A stretch of 64,000 bases of DNA from Malacoraja senta. Taxonomy: Eukaryota. Below the pieces are notes generated by a model. The model saw only the letters and a list, made by a program, of their open reading frames with translations. It made no database searches and was not told the DNA's origin. The stretch spans positions 228,346,001 through 228,410,000 of the forward strand of contig CM075977.1 in assembly GCA_038087875.1 (NCBI GenBank), given 5' to 3'. How positions within the stretch are numbered: the stretch's first letter is position 1; each line of letters opens with the position of its first letter. This document shows positions 57,205 to 64,000 of this stretch, piece after piece. A program made the position numbers and the translations under genes.

Positions 57205-57218
57205 CCAGTAGAGGGCAC
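57205..57218 (+). promoter_or_regulatory. CTCF-like core motif
   Basis: CCAGTAGAGGGCAC, a perfect CCASYAGRKGGCRS match; a one-mismatch relative TCAGTAGAGGGCGC lies at 44011-44024. Confidence 0.45.
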
Positions 57219-58244
57219 TAAAACGTTGAATGCTATAGTTGGAGTTCAGACTTCTACTGTGCAATTACAGATCAAGGCTTCATGACTAGATTCATAAAGG
57301 CGTAGAAGGTGCCAGGGCATGTGAACAATCTGTCCTCTTTCAGATTACTGGATTGTTAAAAATGTTTGCCAGAGGAAGAGGCAATAACCTTGTGCTGCAC
57401 AAATCAGCTGCCCTGTCACACACAAACTGGGACGGTGATTTTACCATTGTCACCACGCCATTGTGTTTAATGTTGATTGTCAGCGAGATGAGCTATTATG
57501 ATAACATGATGTTATGATAAGTGCAGTGAGGAGCTGGGCCATCTACAGTGTAGATGCAGAGCTGCTCAAGACAATCAGTCTTTCATGGTCCACAGCCTCG
57601 TCCATAGCCAGTGAGCCAACATCCACAGCTGCAGCCTTTAGGAGAATGCAACACAGGAACATTAAGGTGGATGAAGGGATATGTCAGACAAGACATGCAC
57701 AAAAGCAAGAAGTGCTGGATATACTCAACTGATCATGCAGCACTCTTGGAGAGAGGAACAGAGTCAATGCCTCAGGTCCCTCTCTACAGATACTGCTTCC
57801 AAAAGGGGTTGGACTGATAGATAAGTTAGGTCCTGTATGCATCAATGTGGTCAATTGATGTTTTGTTGATCAACGGCAGACTGAAGGTGAGATAGGAAGT
57901 GTGGAATTATTAGTTTTTTGTCTAGTATGGCAGGGTGGAAGATTGAAACCTTCACGTGGTCCACCCTGTTTCGACGAATGCAATCAACCCGGTGTGCACA
58001 ATCAAATAAGATCAAATAGAACAAGTTGTCCTACAACTTTAGGCTGTGCACGCCATACGCAAGAAGAAAAAGTCTAGTATGGCACGTTGGCCTTGCTAGT
58101 GTATCAGCATTTCCCAATGACTTGTGAGTGGGACAATGCTGTTGTTTTCTTGATCTATTGCAGTACCTGTGCTTAAGGCTTAGTTCAAGGCTTGAAGACT
58201 AACCTGTTAGTATCAGTGTACTGATTACTGCCTAGTCTTAGTTT

Positions 58245-58880
58245 AGTTTATTTAGTTTAGTTTACTTTAGTTTATTGTCACATGAACCGAAATACAGTAA
58301 AAAGCTTTTGTTGCGTGCTAACCAGTCAGCGGAAAGGCAATACATGATTACAATCAAGCCATTCACAGTGTACAGATACATGATAAAGGAAATCATGTGA
58401 ATAATGTTTAGTGCAAGATAAAGCCAGTAAAGTCCGATCAAAGAGAGTCTCCAATGAGGTAGATAGTGGTTCAGAACTGCTCTCCATTTGTGGTAGGATG
58501 GTTCATTTGCCTGATAACAGCTGGGAAGAAACAGTCCCTGAATCTGGAGGTGTGCGTTTTCACACTTCTATACCTTTTGCCCGATGGGAGAGGGGCGAAG
58601 AGGGAGTGGCCAGGGTGGGACTCATCCTTAATTATGCTGCTCTCCGAGACAGTGTGAGGTATAAATGGAGTCAATGGAAGGGACGTTGGTGTGTGTGATG
58701 GTCTGGGCTGCGTCCACAATTCTCTGCAATTTCTTGCAGTCTAGGATGGAGCTGTTCCCAAACCATTCTGTGATGCATCTTGATAAAATGCGTTCTATGG
58801 TGCATCTGTACACGTTGGTGAGGGTTGTTGGCAACATGCTAAACTTCCTAAACCTTCTAAGGAAGTAGAGGCGTTGATAT
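58245..58880 (-). mobile_element. Rex1/Babar-like LINE 3' fragment
   Basis: ORFs 58471..58719 (HPGHSLFAPLPSGKRYRS...RFRDCFFP) and 58628..58837 (YRCTIERIL); (actaa)n tail. Confidence 0.85.
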
Positions 58881-59721
58881 GCTTTCTTGGCCAGGAGATC
58901 GAAACTGTCAAGGCAAGTTGTTGATGTGCATTTTGCAGGTATTATATAATTTAGCCCCTTTGTGGGGTCAAGGAAAGAGCATTCACGTCACAGCCCTGTT
59001 TTCACCAATCTTTCCACCACCACGCACATGAAGCACAAGAAGCGCAAGACAGACACCATTGTATGCAGATGCCAAGAAGTGTGTTCGGCTCTGGCTGAAC
59101 AACATCTACTCTTGTGTGTGGACTCGATAAGAAGAAGACGCCCCTTTGTGAGTGTTATAGCAGGGGGCTACCTTTAGGTGGTTGAATGGGGTGCATTTAA
59201 TCTGGCTTTAGTCAGTGATGCCAATGTTCTTCTGTTGTTGAAGCTGCACTCGCGCTGACAAATGGAAAGTAACGCATGCCATCCCTGACTTATATAACGT
59301 AGATGGTGGAAGGCTAGGCAAGTTAGTTTAAATCAGTGTCACAGAATACACAGTCTTTGACTGACCATTGTAATTACAATAATTACATAGATGTCTTGTT
59401 TCAGTTTCAGACCAACGGTGTCTCCTACAATATTGTTTTCATGACTTCATGAAAGTTAATACTGTTGAATGTCAAGGAAAGTTAGTTACATTATTTCTTG
59501 TAAGAAACGAGTATTGTCTCCAACGGGGACTTGATGTGACAGTATGCACATGTATGTACCTCTAAAAAGTTTTAAAAAAGATTTTTCAATATTTTTAATA
59601 TTACAAAATGAGGACTAAATTGAAAAAGTAAAATGTATTAATTAAAGTAGACGGTCAGGCCCACAAGCAGCTTAAGCAGTTTAGTATACGATGATCTGCC
59701 ATAGACAACAACAGCAAGGAG

Positions 59722-59880
59722 CAATAGAAACATAGAAACAGAAATATAGGTGCAGAAGTAGGCCATTTGGCCCTTCCAGCCAGCACCGCCATTCAATATG
59801 ATCATGGCTGATCATCTAAAATCAGTACTCTGTTCCTGCTTTCCCCCATATATCTTAGTTCCTTTAGCTACATCTAACCC
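59722..59880 (-). mobile_element. CR1/HER1-type LINE tail fragment
   Basis: tagaaacatagaaac...ccgccattcaatatgatcatggctgatc, same tail as family B. Confidence 0.8.
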
Positions 59881-62361
59881 AACATGTGTACCTGCATATT
59901 TTTGTCTACAAATAAACAAAGCACTCTCAAATTTGGGCAAAACACAAAGTGCTGGAGGAACTCAGGTGGTCAGGCAACATTTGTGGAGGGAATGGAAAGA
60001 TGATGTTTGGGTCGGGACCCTTCTTTAGTCTGAGCTTCTCCAGTATTTTGTGTTTTGCTCATGATTCCAGTATCTGCAGTTTATTGTGTCTCCACTGTTT
60101 CAAACTTGTTGGGGCATATGTCACTTGTCACATAAGTCCAGTACTGAATGATGTCTGTATTTTGAGGCCTCATTGTCTTCATGTTTGCAATTCCATTCAA
60201 GCATTTTCTCACTTAAAACAAGATAGGAACTTGTCAATATACAAACCAAATAGGAGCAAGAGTGGGCTACCTGCCACTTTCAGCCTGTCCTGCCATTCAA
60301 AAATATTGCAACCTCAATGTGAATTCCTGCCTACCCAGCTAATCTTTCACCCCGTTGCTCATCAAAATTGTTTCCACCTCTGATTTAAAAATATTCAAGG
60401 TTGCTGTTTCTTCTTCCCTTTCAGGAAGACATTCCAAAACTCATTATCCTTGGTAGAGAAAAAAATGCCTCAAGCTTCCTCAACCCTGTCTTAAATGAAT
60501 GACTCCTTATTTTTAAACAATGTCCCCTAATTAGAGATTCTCATACAAAATGAAACGTCCTTTCACATCCACCATGTCAAGCCACCTTGGGATGTGTTAT
60601 CAGTCTGTTCAAGACATTCCAACAAAAAAACGGGGCTCCCGATATCATCTTCTTCCATCTCCCCCTTCTCTACCTTCTCCTCACCTCCTACTGTTCCTGC
60701 GCCTCCTCTTCCTCCTCTTTCTACCTTATACCATATTGGTCGGTGTGGGCGAGTGGGGCCGAAGAGCATCTTTCCACGCTGTATGACTATAATTATAACC
60801 ACCTCCCAGATGTTGGCAAATGCTGACTCTATAATTGCCAGGTTAAAGAAGGGTCCTGATCCGAAATGTCACCTGTCCATGTTCTCCGTAGATGCTGCCT
60901 GACCAACTGAGTTAATCCTGTATTTTGTGTTTTTAATTATAAAGTGGGATATCTACCACATGCTGTACTGCAAGTTGCAGAGTGCGTGGTCTGGTGTTGG
61001 AAGTCAGTTAAAACAATTGATTCTGCGAGACCACAAAGTACCTTCCAACTAACTCTAGACTTGGAAAACTGCTGTACATTGGGGTGTGCAGAATGTAAGA
61101 GTGGGATGATGACTTTAATGTTAACATTAATGGGCATGCAAGGGCCGGTCGTGTGACTTTCCTTGTGCAGATGAGACCACTGCAAAGAAGGATTTGTCAG
61201 ATGGTGTGTAGGTTCTATGAAACTCAGCAGCATCAGTAAGGCGTCGCATGTAACATGGTGTGTAGCAGCTGAACATTAATTCAGATGATCTTGTCCGTTA
61301 GAATTGTGAATATGCTATACAATTATATCTCTGAGTAAAGTTTTGAGATGAACTTTAATATCTAACTCAGATCAACAAACCTTGCACAATAGGTGAGGGA
61401 TTTGGAAAAGGTTAGGGATAGTTTTAAGTCACAGTAGACAATGCCTTTATTCAAAAGGTTAGTTTTGAATGGACTTAAAGTTTTCAGTCAATTTGTTGAT
61501 GAGTTATTTAGTGCCTCGATAACTCAGAACTTACGCTATTTCTCATTGGGAAGTTAACTACCCACACATCTGTTTTCTGCTTTGTAGTTTTATGCTGCTC
61601 CTCACTATATTTATTGTTTAAATATTGTAAGATGTCACCCTATGTCCTTTCATTCAAGATACATTTATTTGTCACATGTACCAATTGGTACAGTGAAATG
61701 TGTGAAATAAGTTCATTCTGACTTATGGCAGGTGTGAAGGTTTTACAAATAACTGTATGTCTAAATGTAATCTAGAGTAAGATTTCCAGTGGTTACAAAC
61801 AGGAAATAACCGTTCTTTAAACCTATACATCTGTCATTTTGCATATCCTGATAGAATTAATTGCTGACTAATATAATGAAGACATTCCATGTGAGAATCT
61901 TGCGACAAAACCTTTAGGCAGATTTTATCATTTTTCTTGCCTCAAAAGCAATACAATTAGTTTCCAAATTTAAGGAAAATGGCAGAAATATTCTAATAAT
62001 AGCTTGAGTCTGTAATGGAGCACAGTCAGATTACAACAATGATAAGATAAACTTTAGGAAGGTTTATAGAAAAGTTAGCTGAACAGGTGAACCTTAAGGA
62101 AAAATTAAAAGGAGGCGAGATGGAGGAAGTTATAGAGAAAAATTCAGAGTGGGTGACGGACAAAATTGGCAAAGATAAAGTATTGCTGTAAAATACAATG
62201 AGGGAACATAGAAAAGTACAACACTGGAACAGGCCCACAATGTCCACGCCAAACCGGATGCGAAATTAAACCAATCTCCCCTGCCTGTATGTGATCTATA
62301 TCCCCCCACTTCCTGTATATCCATGTGCCTATCAAAAAGCCACTTTAATTTCTCTTAACTT

Positions 62362-63528
62362 TAGTTTTGTTTAGTTTAGAGATACAGCGCGGAAACAGGC
62401 CCTTCGGCCCACCGAGTCTGCACCGACCAGCGAATCCCGCACATTAATGCTATCCTACACACACTAGGGACAATTTACATTTATACCAAGCCAATTAACC
62501 TACAAACCTGTACATCTTTGGAGTGTGGGAAGAATAGAATAGAATAGAATAGAATAGAATAGAATAGAATAGAATGCCATTTATTGTCATTTAAACATAC
62601 AAGGTTCAAACGAAATTACGTTCCTGCAGTCATAACAGCAAAAAACCAAAACACACAATAAGGCAATTCCACACAAACATCCATCACAGTGCATCTCCAA
62701 ACACCTCCTCACTGTGATGAAAGGCAAAAGTCTTATCCCTTCCCTGTTCTCTGTTCTTTATTCTTCTTCTCCCGTAGTCAAGCAGTCAAACTGTTGCATC
62801 GAGCTGATCGAGGCTTTTGATGTTAGAGCCCCCAGCGGGCGATGGTAAGTCCCGCTGCCGTTTAAGCCGCGCCGGGCGATGTAAGGCCCTGCTCCGGGTC
62901 GATTTAAACCCCTCAATTCGGGCGGGAGAAGTTGCCGTTGCGGGAGCTCCGAAAAGCGGTCTCCCACCAGGGACCCGCGAGCTCCCAATGTTACCATCCA
63001 CAGGGCCTGCAGCCGAAGCCTCCGAAGCTCCGAAGTCGGGTCGCAGCCGCGCGCCACCACAGCGCTCCGAAGTCGGCCAGCTCCGCGATGGTGAGTCTGC
63101 AGGCTCTGCGACTGGAGCCCCAGGTCGATTCCGGTTGGAGGCCGCCGGCTCCATGATGCTAGGCCCCAACGACAATGGAGACTCGACAGGGAAAAGGTCG
63201 AGTCCCCGTGCAGAACAGAGATTAAAAAGTTTCCCCCACCCCCTCCCCCGCTCCCCCACATATACACAGCTAAAAATAAAATAAAACTAAAACCAAAAAC
63301 ATACACCTAACAGGACAAAAAGAAAGGAAAGACAGACGGACTGCAGGCGAGCCGCAGTTGTTTGGGCAGTGCCGCCACTGAAAGAAACCGAAGATCTCAG
63401 AGAAATCCCACGTGGTCACGGGGAGAACGTACAAACTCCATACAGATAGCACCCGTGGATCAAACCCAGGTCTCCAACACTGCAATAGGTGTAAGGCAGC
63501 AACTCTACTGCTGCACCACCATGCCGCA
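62362..63528 (-). mobile_element. HE1/V-SINE split by the 62531-63380 insertion
   Basis: SINE halves 62362-62530 and 63381-63528 rejoin as ggagtgtggga...gaaaccgaagatctc, as in the 35385 copy. Confidence 0.8.
62531..63380 (-). mobile_element. About 850-bp non-coding retroposon with GC-rich body and (ATTCT)n tail
   Basis: (agaat)9 at 62531-62575; 3' end AATGACAATAAA shared with the Rex1-like LINE tail at about 56470; no RT or endonuclease ORF. Confidence 0.7.
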
Positions 63529-63534
63529 CAGTAA

Positions 63535-64000
63535 TATTTAGTTTAGTCTAGTTTATTGTCATGTGTACTGAGGTACAGTGAAAAGCTTTTTGTTGCACGC
63601 TATCCAGTCTGTGGAAAAACAATACATGATTATAATCGAGCTGTGCACAGTGTACAAATACAGGATAAAGGGAATAACATTTAATGCAAGATAAACTCCG
63701 GTAAAGTCCGATTAAAGATAGTCTGGGGTTCTCCGATGAGGTAGATGGTAGGTCAGGGCAGCTCTCCAGTTGGTGATTGGAAGGTTCAATTGCCTGATAA
63801 CAGCTGGGAAGAAACTGTCCCTGAATCTAGAAGTATGCATTTTCACACTTCTGTACCCTTTCCCTGATGGGAGAAGAGGGAATGTCTGGAGTGAGACTCG
63901 TCCTTAATTATGCTGGTGGCTTTGCCAAGGCAGCATGAAATTTAGATAGGTCCAATGGAATAGATGGTGGATTGTGTGATGGTTTGGGCTGCGACAACTA
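63535..64000 (-). mobile_element. Rex1/Babar-like LINE 3' fragment running off the window end
   Basis: Colinear with 58260-58720. Confidence 0.8.

Noticed and set aside
56520-62360. Many 60-145 aa ORFs in intergenic DNA
   Set aside because: They are either antisense to TE remnants or lack domain motifs and splice support; expected by chance.

Overview
Eukaryotic, repeat-rich vertebrate DNA; the repeat families (CR1/HER1-type LINEs, HE1/V-SINEs) suggest a cartilaginous fish, probably a skate or ray (inference). The only host gene I can support is the 3' end of the formin FHDC1/INF1 on the + strand (coding exons 1089-1206, 2804-2968, 11076-13496). Its last exon carries a 27-bp (9-aa) tandem array of ...VQT/MQT/IQT motifs resembling dynein light chain LC8 binding sites. 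The rest is mostly transposable elements: two end-complete but decayed DIRS1-like tyrosine-recombinase retrotransposons; a 16-kb Gypsy element with both LTRs and a 5-bp TSD that hosts a nested stack (three-part CR1 concatemer, L1/Tx1-type fragment, Tc1); Rex1-like LINE pieces; MITEs; V-SINEs; and palindromic repeats with decayed minimal hammerhead-ribozyme cores. No rRNA, tRNA gene or CRISPR array was found. Coordinates and identities were read by eye; no searches were run.
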